Positions 55,756-64,000 of a stretch of 64,000 nucleotides of DNA are shown one piece after another. The stretch lies in IMG/VR virus record IMGVR_UViG_3300033994_001756, positions 64,001 through 128,000 of that record; one strand, written 5' to 3'. Under the pieces are notes generated by a model. The model made no database searches. It saw only the letters and a list, made by a program, of their open reading frames with translations, and was not told where the DNA came from. Made by a program: the position numbers and the translations under genes. Origin of the DNA: a virus. Positions within the stretch are counted from its first letter, which is position 1. Every line of letters starts with the position of its first letter.

Positions 55756-58416
55756 ATGCCAGCCAGACAAACTCAGACATCATTTAGATCATTTTCTGAG
55801 TCACTCAGATCTAGAAGACTATCTCCAGTAAATCCATCTGCGATTACTGGAGGGAGAGTGTCTGGCGCAAATATTACAAAGAAAGAAGTAGAAGAATTCG
55901 GCCAGGTCAGAAAAATCCTTGGTGGATTATTAGCATTAGAGAAAAGATATTATCAATTTTTAGGGGATAGGATTCTACATTTTGCTAAAGAAGACGAAAG
56001 AAATAAATTAAAGCAAGAAGAGTCTGAGCAAGAAAAGAAAAAGAAACTAGGAAAGGATAAAGAAAAGAACCCTGTTTTAGAAAAAGCAAAGTCTGATCTA
56101 TCAATGATCGGAGGATTCTTCAAAAATCTTCTGAAGTTTTTCGTTGGGTATAAAGTTCTTGAGTGGGCATCCAAAAAAGAAAACATAAGCAAAATTCAAG
56201 ACTTTGCCAATCTATTCATAACGTTATTTAAATTCATTAGTGCAGTCACCAACTTTGGTGTTGATGTATTAATGAAAACTCTTACGGTTACTTCTAAAGT
56301 AATCAATGGAGTCTTTGATTTCATAGGAAAGGTAGCAGAATTTTTCAGCTTTAGTTGGCTGGGCGGTGGAGTAGAATGGCTATTATCCACCATTGAAAAT
56401 GCTACTTCTGTTATTGCAAGTATTCCAAATGCAATTACATTAGCAGTAAAATTCATGACTGATTTGATTCCAAATTTCCTGGAATCAGTTTTAACCCAAG
56501 GACTATTTGGTAGCCAGAAAGAACTAGAAGGTCAGGCTGATCAAGCAGTAGAAGCAAAGAAACCAGCAGAACCACAGACTCCATCAACAGAATCTGATAC
56601 TGGTAAAAAAGATCTAGGAGAAAAGGCAAAAGAATCACTTTCTAATATTGGAAAGAACATCCTGAAGACTCTGTTCCCAGGGATGGATGTTGCTGCGAAT
56701 ATTGGAGCCAAGATTGGTGGTTCTATTAAATCATTATTCAGTGGACCTAAAACTCAAGAGTCTCTTCCTAAGTTAGCTAAGGGTGGTATCGTAACTAAAC
56801 CAACTGAAGCGATTGTTGGTGAGGCAGGACCAGAAGCAATTCTTCCACTGGATAAATTGGGATCATTTGGTATTGATGGCTTCAAGGCATCTACCAATAA
56901 GATGATTCCTAAATTCATGAAGCTATTGACTTTACCATTTAATATTGTTGGTGCAGGAATCGTAGCATTAATTTCATCTGCAGTATCTAAAATTCCTGGT
57001 GTAGGACAATTTATACTTCCACTGATTTCTAATATTGCATCTAGCTTTGGTTTGCCTGCAGGATTGGTTGCGGGAATGAGTAATTTTGTAGGTGGTGTTA
57101 CATCTGCAATTTCTGGAGGACTTGGCAATGTAGCTGAATTATTTGGGAAGAATGAAGTCAATATACGTCAGCAGAAAGGAGAAGAGTTTTCTCCAACCAA
57201 TGATACTTCAGTTAAAGGATTACTTGGAAACATTCTTGGTGCTCTGATCAGCAAGCAAAAGAAAGCTGCCACCACACCTGGAACCACGCCTCCTCCACCC
57301 CCTTCCACCCCACCAGCCCCATCTGGAACCCCTTCTAGTGGCACTTCAGGGAGCACTCCTCCAGCTACTAAGCCGAGTTCCATATTCACGTATCCAACTC
57401 AAGGAGAGGGTGGTGTTCCTGGGCAAGGCGGTGGAGATAAAATTCCTGCATTGTTAGAACCTCAAGAGTATGTCCTGAATCGAAATGCTGTCAAGGGAAT
57501 GGGTGGTCCAAAAGTATTAGATGCTATTAACTATGGAATGTATCCAAGATTTGGTAGTGGTGGTCCAAATGTTTCAACTAAAAAGTTTTTAAAGCTTGGT
57601 GGTGGATGGGCTCCTGTACCAGAAGATTCTTCTGGTGTATCGTTAGGCAGAGGAATGAGTTCACGACATGGCGGAACAGATATTCCAATGCCAGTAGGAA
57701 CTCCGCTACTTGCACCTTTCGATGGAATGGTGAAAGAAACCGGAAAGAATCCTGATGGGTGGGGAAATTTCATGGTATTAAAAAGTTCCAATGGAGTTTA
57801 TTCTCTGTTTGGACATGTAAGTGATTATTCTAAAAAGCAAGGTGAACAAATTAAAGCGGGTGAACAAGTTGCATTAAGTGGGCATCGACATGGAGGAGGA
57901 AGAAGTAGTGGACCACATTTACATTGGGAAATTGGTAGTTCTTGGAATGGAACTATTGGTGGAAAGATAGATCCAATTAGTTGGTCCTCTGGCAAAGCTA
58001 TTCCATCTGTAAGTGGAAAAACATCATCCAGAACTAATACAGACTCTCCTGATGATTCCACAGAATCTACACCAACATTTACTGCTGAGATGGGAGCCAA
58101 AGCTGCTGAGCAGTTGGGCAAACTATTCCAGATGTTAAATGGTCCTGCACCCACTACAGTCCCAGAAGTTACCACTCCGCAGACTCCTAAAATAACAACT
58201 GCAGTTTCTGGAAACTCCCAAAATCTACAGAGAGTTCAGAGAGAAAATCTAAAAGTTCAGGCTCAAGCTAAACAGCAAACTAAAGCTGGTGGTAATGTAA
58301 TAACTCTAGGCGAGCCAAATAAAACTATTACAGAATCAAGATCTCAACCAATGACATCTACATTAGGAGGCACAACTCCACCGAATTCATTAATCAATTA
58401 TCCATTAGCACCATAA
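55756..58416 (+). CDS. tape-measure-like virion protein with M23 peptidase domain
   Basis: LAKGGIVTKPT..VGEAGPEA; HGGTDI...GPHLHWE. Confidence 0.8.
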   Translation: MPARQTQTSFRSFSESLRSRRLSPVNPSAITGGRVSGANITKKEVEEFGQVRKILGGLLALEKRYYQFLGDRILHFAKEDERNKLKQEESEQEKKKKLGKDKEKNPVLEKAKSDLSMIGGFFKNLLKFFVGYKVLEWASKKENISKIQDFANLFITLFKFISAVTNFGVDVLMKTLTVTSKVINGVFDFIGKVAEFFSFSWLGGGVEWLLSTIENATSVIASIPNAITLAVKFMTDLIPNFLESVLTQGLFGSQKELEGQADQAVEAKKPAEPQTPSTESDTGKKDLGEKAKESLSNIGKNILKTLFPGMDVAANIGAKIGGSIKSLFSGPKTQESLPKLAKGGIVTKPTEAIVGEAGPEAILPLDKLGSFGIDGFKASTNKMIPKFMKLLTLPFNIVGAGIVALISSAVSKIPGVGQFILPLISNIASSFGLPAGLVAGMSNFVGGVTSAISGGLGNVAELFGKNEVNIRQQKGEEFSPTNDTSVKGLLGNILGALISKQKKAATTPGTTPPPPPSTPPAPSGTPSSGTSGSTPPATKPSSIFTYPTQGEGGVPGQGGGDKIPALLEPQEYVLNRNAVKGMGGPKVLDAINYGMYPRFGSGGPNVSTKKFLKLGGGWAPVPEDSSGVSLGRGMSSRHGGTDIPMPVGTPLLAPFDGMVKETGKNPDGWGNFMVLKSSNGVYSLFGHVSDYSKKQGEQIKAGEQVALSGHRHGGGRSSGPHLHWEIGSSWNGTIGGKIDPISWSSGKAIPSVSGKTSSRTNTDSPDDSTESTPTFTAEMGAKAAEQLGKLFQMLNGPAPTTVPEVTTPQTPKITTAVSGNSQNLQRVQRENLKVQAQAKQQTKAGGNVITLGEPNKTITESRSQPMTSTLGGTTPPNSLINYPLAP

Positions 58417-58417
58417 A

Positions 58418-61396
58418 ATGGAAAACTTAACACCAGTTAGACCAGCTTCCATTATAGGTAATAGTCGTCTAAGAGAAATCAAGACGATAAAGGGTATTGC
58501 ACAAGATTTAGTAAAGCAGAAAAAACAGAATTTTGAATTGGAAAAAAAATTCTTCAAAATTCAAAAGGATACTATTGATAGAAATAAATTAAGAGACAAA
58601 GAAAGACTTCAGGAAGCAAAGAAACCAAAAAGAAAAGCTGGATTTGTTCGTGAAGAACTTAAAGATAAGTCTATAAAACTATTTGATTTGTTCAAGTTCT
58701 TTGTAGGATATAAAGTATTACAGTGGATGTCTCGCAAAGAGAATATTGAATCTATTGGCGAAATCGCCAAAGCCATGAAAAATATTTTTAAGATTATAGA
58801 TCATCTTGCTGGTATTGGAGTTGAAGGAGTTCTTGGTGGACTTCATAGTGTTCTATTTGGAAGCAACTTTTTAGAAAGATTTTTCGGAATATTTAAACTC
58901 ATAGGTGGCTTTTTCATTATCAGGAGACTATTGTTTCCAGGTAAAATACTTAAAGACATTACTTGGATATTAAAGAATAGAAAGTCTATTGGTAAAGTAT
59001 TCCAAGCATTAGGATCTGGAAAACTTAAAGAAGCTCTTGGAAGACTATTTAAACTATTAACTCCAAATTTATATGTTGTATATACCAGAGGATTGACTGC
59101 AGGAGTTAAGCGAGTAATTCTTAAAGTATTTGGAAAGAATACTTTAAAACTCCTGACTAAGGTAGCTTCTAAAATTGGATTCAGAAGTGCAAAAGAGTTT
59201 GTAAAAAATACTGCAAAAAATATTGCCAAGCCTTTAACTAGAATACCTTTCATTGGACCTATACTTGGCTTTGGATTAAATCTAATTTTTGGTGATCCAC
59301 TAGACAAGGCTGCAGTCAAAGCAATTGGTGCTGGGATTGGAGCATGGCTAGGTGGTATTGTAATGGGCGCATTGGGAAGCATCGTTCCTGTTGCAGGAAC
59401 TGCAGCTGGTGCTGGACTTGGTGCATTTGTTGGTGGATTTATTGGAGACTGGGTTGGTGATAAATTATACGGATTCTTTAAAGGATTCACCGCACCTAAA
59501 GAACCTGCACTTGCTGTTGGTGGTATTGTAACCAAGCCAACCAGGGCTTTGATTGGTGAGGCTGGGCCAGAAGCAGTTATTCCGCTACCAAAAATTTATG
59601 ATAGAACTATATTAAATGCTCCTATGGGTATAGTTGCATCTTCTATGATTGGGGGGATAGATGCAGTTATATCTTCATTGGGTCCTGTTGGCTTAACGAT
59701 TAGACCATATGCATCTAGTTTACTAGCTCCATACAGAAGAGAGTTTGGATCTACCAACTATGTGTTCACTTCTAATATTGGAGGTAAGACTACACCTTTA
59801 ACTACTAAACTTCCAGAGCAAAATGACAACGAGGAAGTTGCTAAAATACTTGGTCTGAATAAAACCATTAATTTAATCAAGAAAAAGGAAACTGCAGAAG
59901 AGGCTAAAAAAGCCAGATACAATTCTGGGAATAGTGTTCGTGAAATTCTTGGAGATATTCTAAACAATATTATCAATCTAGACTTTACTAAAAAGTCTAA
60001 AAAGAAAACACGCCCAGGTGATACAACTAGAAATGGGGATATTGGTGAAGTTGGTGGGGAAGTAGATTTATCTGACGCTGACGATAGAACTTTATTAAAG
60101 CAACTAGCACTTGCAGAAGCTGCAGGTGAAGGTGTTGTTGGAATGGCATTGGTTGTCAATTCTGTGTTGAATAGAAAGCGAATTTTAGATGGTGGTGCTT
60201 CTCCTGGATTATTCCATGCAACTGATAAAACTATTCGTGGAATAATATACGCCAAAGACAGTGTTCAATATACTCCAGTTCAAAGTGGCACTATTAACAA
60301 GCAGTGGGGTGAAGGATCACTGAACCTTGCAGAGAAAGCTTTGCAAATGGGAATGGATAAGTCTAAGTTGAGACAAGCATTGGAAGCTGAAGGAGTTAGT
60401 GAAAATAGTATAAAATTTCTAATCAATTCAACTGGATTTAGAAACTATGATGCAGGTGCAAGCAATGATAGATCTCAGAAGGTTAATGAGACTGTATATA
60501 AACGGCACACCTTTAATACTGCGGGTGTCCCTAAGATGCAACAAGGTGGTTTAGTTTCAAGAGGAGATATTACGAGTAAGTTTGGAAATAAAGAATCATT
60601 TAGAAAAAATTCTCATGAAGGAATTGATATTGCATTTCCATCTGGAACTCCTTTATCATTTACTTTAGGTGGAAAATTTCTTAAAGTTGCTAGAAGTTCC
60701 AGTAAAGAAAGAGAAGCAAATGGTGGCTATGGTCAATACATGGATCTTAAGTTATCCGATGGAAAGATTGCCAGACTTGCACACCTAAGCTCTATCCCCA
60801 ATTGGGTAAAGCAGGGTGGCGATTTCACACCAAATGCAATTGTTGCATTAAGTGGTGGCGCACCAGGAGCACCTGGCTCTGGTAGATCTGGTGGGCCACA
60901 TTTACATTTAGAGCAACACACAACTCAAAAAGATTTAGCAGAGACTTTAAATGGTAAGGTTGATCCATTATCACAAGGTCTATTTGGATTATTGAGGAAA
61001 GGTGGTGCCCCTGGAAGTGCAACTAGTGGACCTGCTCAACCTTCACAATCTCCAGCTGCATCCCCGAATACAGTAAAAGAGTCGGAAGAATCTCAGCAAG
61101 AATCGCAACCGCCACCAATTAATTATGATGACATTGCTAAAAATCTAGGAGAATTGTTCCAGATGTTAACTGGAACTCCAAAGACAAATGGTGCTCAGTT
61201 ACAAAAAAATAGTATGGATTATGTCCAAGCATTCAAAGACTTCAAGCCAAATCCAGATACATATATTATGATGGGTGGAACTAATATAATTTCAAGTACT
61301 ACATTGTTGACTCCAATTGAGCAACTAGATTATTCTTCTGGATCATTCTCAAGTATAGATAGCGCAACTGCGTTTAAACTCAACACAAGACTCTAA
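58418..61396 (+). CDS. tape-measure-like virion protein with SleB-like hydrolase and M23 domains
   Basis: LAVGGIVTKPT..IGEAGPEA; LALAEAAGEG..GMALVVNSVLNR; HEGIDI...GPHLHLE. Confidence 0.8.
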   Translation: MENLTPVRPASIIGNSRLREIKTIKGIAQDLVKQKKQNFELEKKFFKIQKDTIDRNKLRDKERLQEAKKPKRKAGFVREELKDKSIKLFDLFKFFVGYKVLQWMSRKENIESIGEIAKAMKNIFKIIDHLAGIGVEGVLGGLHSVLFGSNFLERFFGIFKLIGGFFIIRRLLFPGKILKDITWILKNRKSIGKVFQALGSGKLKEALGRLFKLLTPNLYVVYTRGLTAGVKRVILKVFGKNTLKLLTKVASKIGFRSAKEFVKNTAKNIAKPLTRIPFIGPILGFGLNLIFGDPLDKAAVKAIGAGIGAWLGGIVMGALGSIVPVAGTAAGAGLGAFVGGFIGDWVGDKLYGFFKGFTAPKEPALAVGGIVTKPTRALIGEAGPEAVIPLPKIYDRTILNAPMGIVASSMIGGIDAVISSLGPVGLTIRPYASSLLAPYRREFGSTNYVFTSNIGGKTTPLTTKLPEQNDNEEVAKILGLNKTINLIKKKETAEEAKKARYNSGNSVREILGDILNNIINLDFTKKSKKKTRPGDTTRNGDIGEVGGEVDLSDADDRTLLKQLALAEAAGEGVVGMALVVNSVLNRKRILDGGASPGLFHATDKTIRGIIYAKDSVQYTPVQSGTINKQWGEGSLNLAEKALQMGMDKSKLRQALEAEGVSENSIKFLINSTGFRNYDAGASNDRSQKVNETVYKRHTFNTAGVPKMQQGGLVSRGDITSKFGNKESFRKNSHEGIDIAFPSGTPLSFTLGGKFLKVARSSSKEREANGGYGQYMDLKLSDGKIARLAHLSSIPNWVKQGGDFTPNAIVALSGGAPGAPGSGRSGGPHLHLEQHTTQKDLAETLNGKVDPLSQGLFGLLRKGGAPGSATSGPAQPSQSPAASPNTVKESEESQQESQPPPINYDDIAKNLGELFQMLTGTPKTNGAQLQKNSMDYVQAFKDFKPNPDTYIMMGGTNIISSTTLLTPIEQLDYSSGSFSSIDSATAFKLNTRL

Positions 61397-62718
61397 TGAA
61401 TCAACAATTTGCTGGAGATTTTTCTCTAAAAACAATAAAGTTATATCCACTTACTGCAGTTAATGGAGATAAACGTCCGTTTATTGACATCAAAGAACTT
61501 GTTAAAGAAGTTACTTTTTACCAGAGTATTATATCCACTAGTTTATATTGTGAACTTGTAGTTAATGATATTGGAGAAAACTTAATCGAAACTCTTCCCC
61601 TGATTGGACGAGAAAGAATTGAATTAAATATCTCAACTCCATATGCAAATTATGATTTGAATTTTTACATTCATAAGATTGATGGTCGAGTAATGCAAGA
61701 GAAGAACCAAGTATATGTGGTTCATGCAATAAGTAAAGAAGCTTTAGACAACGAGTACACTAGAATTCGTGAACGAGTAAATGGAAAAAAAGCAGAAGTA
61801 TTTCTAGAAGAAAAATTAAAAACCATAAGCCAAAAAGAGTTTAAAAAGAATGTAGATGATACATTATATCCTTTTGACATGTATGTTCCCAACTGGAGAT
61901 TGTTTGATACTGCAATCTGGATGTCTCGCAGAAGTGTTCCAGTAAAAAATAAATCTTCCGTGGGATATGTATTTTATGAAACCTTTGAGGGATATAATTT
62001 TAAATCTCTAGACGTATTATTTGATGCGGGTACATATCCAAATAACAAAACAAAATATGCGTTTGTTCAGGGAAATACATCTGCATCCAAGACTGAGTTG
62101 AATAACTATAGAATTATGAATTATTCATCTACAAAGGCATTTGATATTTTAGATGACCTTCGTAATGGTGCATTTGCACATAATGCACTGTACGTAGATA
62201 TCAACAATCGTAACTTTCAAAATTGGAGTACTAATGCCTCAACATACTGGAAAGATATGAGTCATCTTAATAAAATGACTCCATATCAAGATGAAGATTT
62301 GTTGAAGCGACCATCTAGATTAATCTATAGACCTACCACAAATTCTACATTTGGTTGGAAAGATTTATCCAATGAAGAAATTGAAAATTTAAACAACATA
62401 GATGAAGTAAATAAAAATTATGAGAAGTCAATTTACAGATATTACTTCTTGGAATATAATAAATTAGAAATCGCTGTTCCTGGAGACTTAAAACTTCAAC
62501 CAGGGTACGTAATCAATGTTTCTATTCCTTCTCCGAAGAGAACTAGCGATAATAAAATAAAAGAAGATACTAGATTAAGTGGCAGATATATTGTTCATTC
62601 TGTTAAGCATACCATCCTAAATAGAACTGAACTTAGAACTATTGCTACATTAACAAGAGATTCATTTGGTGGTAATGAAATCAAAAAAACTAATGTACCC
62701 AGCGGAGCAACATTCTAA
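61396..62718 (+). CDS. baseplate hub protein (gp27-like)
   Basis: LPLIGRE...YVFYET..GYNFKSL...VPGD...SGRYIVHSVKH. Confidence 0.7.
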   Translation: MNQQFAGDFSLKTIKLYPLTAVNGDKRPFIDIKELVKEVTFYQSIISTSLYCELVVNDIGENLIETLPLIGRERIELNISTPYANYDLNFYIHKIDGRVMQEKNQVYVVHAISKEALDNEYTRIRERVNGKKAEVFLEEKLKTISQKEFKKNVDDTLYPFDMYVPNWRLFDTAIWMSRRSVPVKNKSSVGYVFYETFEGYNFKSLDVLFDAGTYPNNKTKYAFVQGNTSASKTELNNYRIMNYSSTKAFDILDDLRNGAFAHNALYVDINNRNFQNWSTNASTYWKDMSHLNKMTPYQDEDLLKRPSRLIYRPTTNSTFGWKDLSNEEIENLNNIDEVNKNYEKSIYRYYFLEYNKLEIAVPGDLKLQPGYVINVSIPSPKRTSDNKIKEDTRLSGRYIVHSVKHTILNRTELRTIATLTRDSFGGNEIKKTNVPSGATF

Positions 62719-62934
62719 ATGGAACAAGATATAAATCAACACATCGATCGAAATAAAGATCAACTAGAAGATTCAAATACTAGTTCTCAAAGACGTAGAT
62801 TTTTAGAAAGCGAACTAGAGTCTCTAATTAAATATAAAGAAAATCACCCAACCAAAACAAAAGATCCTAGCCCACTAGATCTATTCTGCAACGAAAACCC
62901 AGAAGCTCCTGAATGTCGTATATACGAAGTGTAA
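62719..62934 (+). CDS. cp12: CP12 Calvin-cycle inhibitor
   Basis: DPSPLDLFCNENPEAPECRIYE C-terminal CP12 motif. Confidence 0.88.
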   Translation: MEQDINQHIDRNKDQLEDSNTSSQRRRFLESELESLIKYKENHPTKTKDPSPLDLFCNENPEAPECRIYEV

Positions 62935-62937
62935 TAC

Positions 62938-64000
62938 ATGTCAATTAATCCTACATTACAAAATTCTGCATTCCTTGGTAATAATGATTTCACTTGGTGG
63001 TTAGGCACTGTAGAAAATCCAGATGATCGAGATGCGAAACTAGGTAGAGTTCGTGTAAAAATTCTTGGCTTTCATGATCCATTTGAGAAGCCAGAGAATT
63101 TACCTTGGGCACTCGTTCTTCAACCAACTACTAATGCTGCAGTAAGTGGTATTGGAAATGCAGCTAATGCAGGATTAAAAGCAGGTAGTTTTGTGATGGG
63201 ATTTTTCCTAGACTATCCTGACTGCCAACAGCCCGTAGTAATGGGCTCATTCTATAGTCAAATCAGACCAATTTTTGGAGACCCAAATACTCCTGCTACT
63301 GCTAATACTCCTGGAATTGCAAATACAGTAACTTCAAAAGAATCCAAAACAGGTCAGCCACAAGATGCCGAGAGAACTAATGATGCAGGTGGACTAGCAT
63401 CTGATTCCGTTGCAGCTGCTTCTCTTCCTGCATCTCCATCTAATCCATCTGGAAATGTTGGAGCCACATCTATTGCAGATGGAAAAGATGGCCCTGCAAA
63501 TACACTTGTAGAAGATATTAAAAGATGTATTGAAGGACTTGGTAATATATTTAAAACTGGAGTTATATATAATCCAAATGCAACTAATCCAAAATTAACT
63601 AGAGATTTATCTATCGAAGAAAATTATATTACAATTAGTAGTGTAGATGCGTTTCCTCCAATTGGAGTAATTCAAATAGGAAATGAAAAGATTGGATATA
63701 ATGGAAAGAATGAAAAGTCTTTAGTCAATGTAAAAAGAGGACTACAAGGAACAACACCAATTGCACATTCTTCAGGTGCATCTATTAGATATATTAAGAA
63801 GACTGATACTCCAATTGAAATCTATGGTAAGTTTACAAATAAAGTTGTAGATTTAAAAAGTGCCGTAGATAGATGTATTCAAGTAATTAGAAATTTAGTT
63901 TGGTATATTGTCAACAAAGTTAAGTCTTGGTTGATGGCGGAAGTTACCAGAATTTTAAATGATATTGGGCTAGGAGCAAGTAGCCCCATTCCATATTTTG
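62938..64000 (+). CDS. g5: gp5 baseplate hub/spike, 5' part (runs off window)
   Basis: FTWWLGTVENPDD...LGRVRVKILGFH...LPWA...VMGFFLD. Confidence 0.88.
   Translation, partial: MSINPTLQNSAFLGNNDFTWWLGTVENPDDRDAKLGRVRVKILGFHDPFEKPENLPWALVLQPTTNAAVSGIGNAANAGLKAGSFVMGFFLDYPDCQQPVVMGSFYSQIRPIFGDPNTPATANTPGIANTVTSKESKTGQPQDAERTNDAGGLASDSVAAASLPASPSNPSGNVGATSIADGKDGPANTLVEDIKRCIEGLGNIFKTGVIYNPNATNPKLTRDLSIEENYITISSVDAFPPIGVIQIGNEKIGYNGKNEKSLVNVKRGLQGTTPIAHSSGASIRYIKKTDTPIEIYGKFTNKVVDLKSAVDRCIQVIRNLVWYIVNKVKSWLMAEVTRILNDIGLGASSPIPYF

Noticed and set aside
58843-60255. Long antisense ORFs (230 and 165 aa) and similar shadow ORFs in cobS, g44, g43, nrdA and psbA
   Set aside because: Shadows of codon-biased sense genes, with no SD or motifs.
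1-64000. Stop-codon reassignment
   Set aside because: Core genes are full length in the standard code and end in TAA, TAG or TGA.

Overview
This window comes from an AT-rich T4-like cyanomyophage (Kyanoviridae-like). The likely host is a Synechococcus/Cyanobium-type cyanobacterium, inferred from psbA, hli, petF and cp12. Positions 1-29.7 kb hold the replication/recombination module: uvsY, uvsW, g55, g47, g46, a vWA-peptidase plus cobS, g45, g44, g62, regA, hsp20, g43, uvsX, g41, mazG, g61, nrdA and nrdB. Positions 29.8-43.3 kb are an accessory region with nine tRNA genes, several structured non-coding RNAs, two free-standing homing endonucleases, cell-wall hydrolases, an SLH/porin-like gene and the photosynthesis genes. 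Positions 43.3-51.3 kb hold nucleotide metabolism and late-transcription genes (nrdC, rnh, thyX, denV-like, phoH, g33, g59, g32). Positions 51.3-64 kb hold baseplate/tail genes (g53, g48, g4, g2, g54-like, g26/g51, two tape-measure-like hydrolases, hub, cp12, 5' part of g5). Main observations: (1) a tRNA-Asn whose anticodon loop is split by a 46-nt insert that itself folds like a mini-tRNA, with ends matching RNase P and RNase Z cut sites, next to an HNH homing endonuclease; (2) a likely programmed -1 frameshift fusing gp26 and gp51, like lambda G/GT; (3) a duplicated promoter-plus-leader element with 27 identical nt; (4) tandem glutamine riboswitches ahead of a DUF4278-like peptide; (5) a ROSE-like thermometer on hsp20; (6) T4-type capsid-targeting N-termini, one of them on a nucleotidyltransferase; (7) several unnamed structured RNAs interleaved with the tRNAs. 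All family assignments come from motif recognition and synteny; no database search was run.
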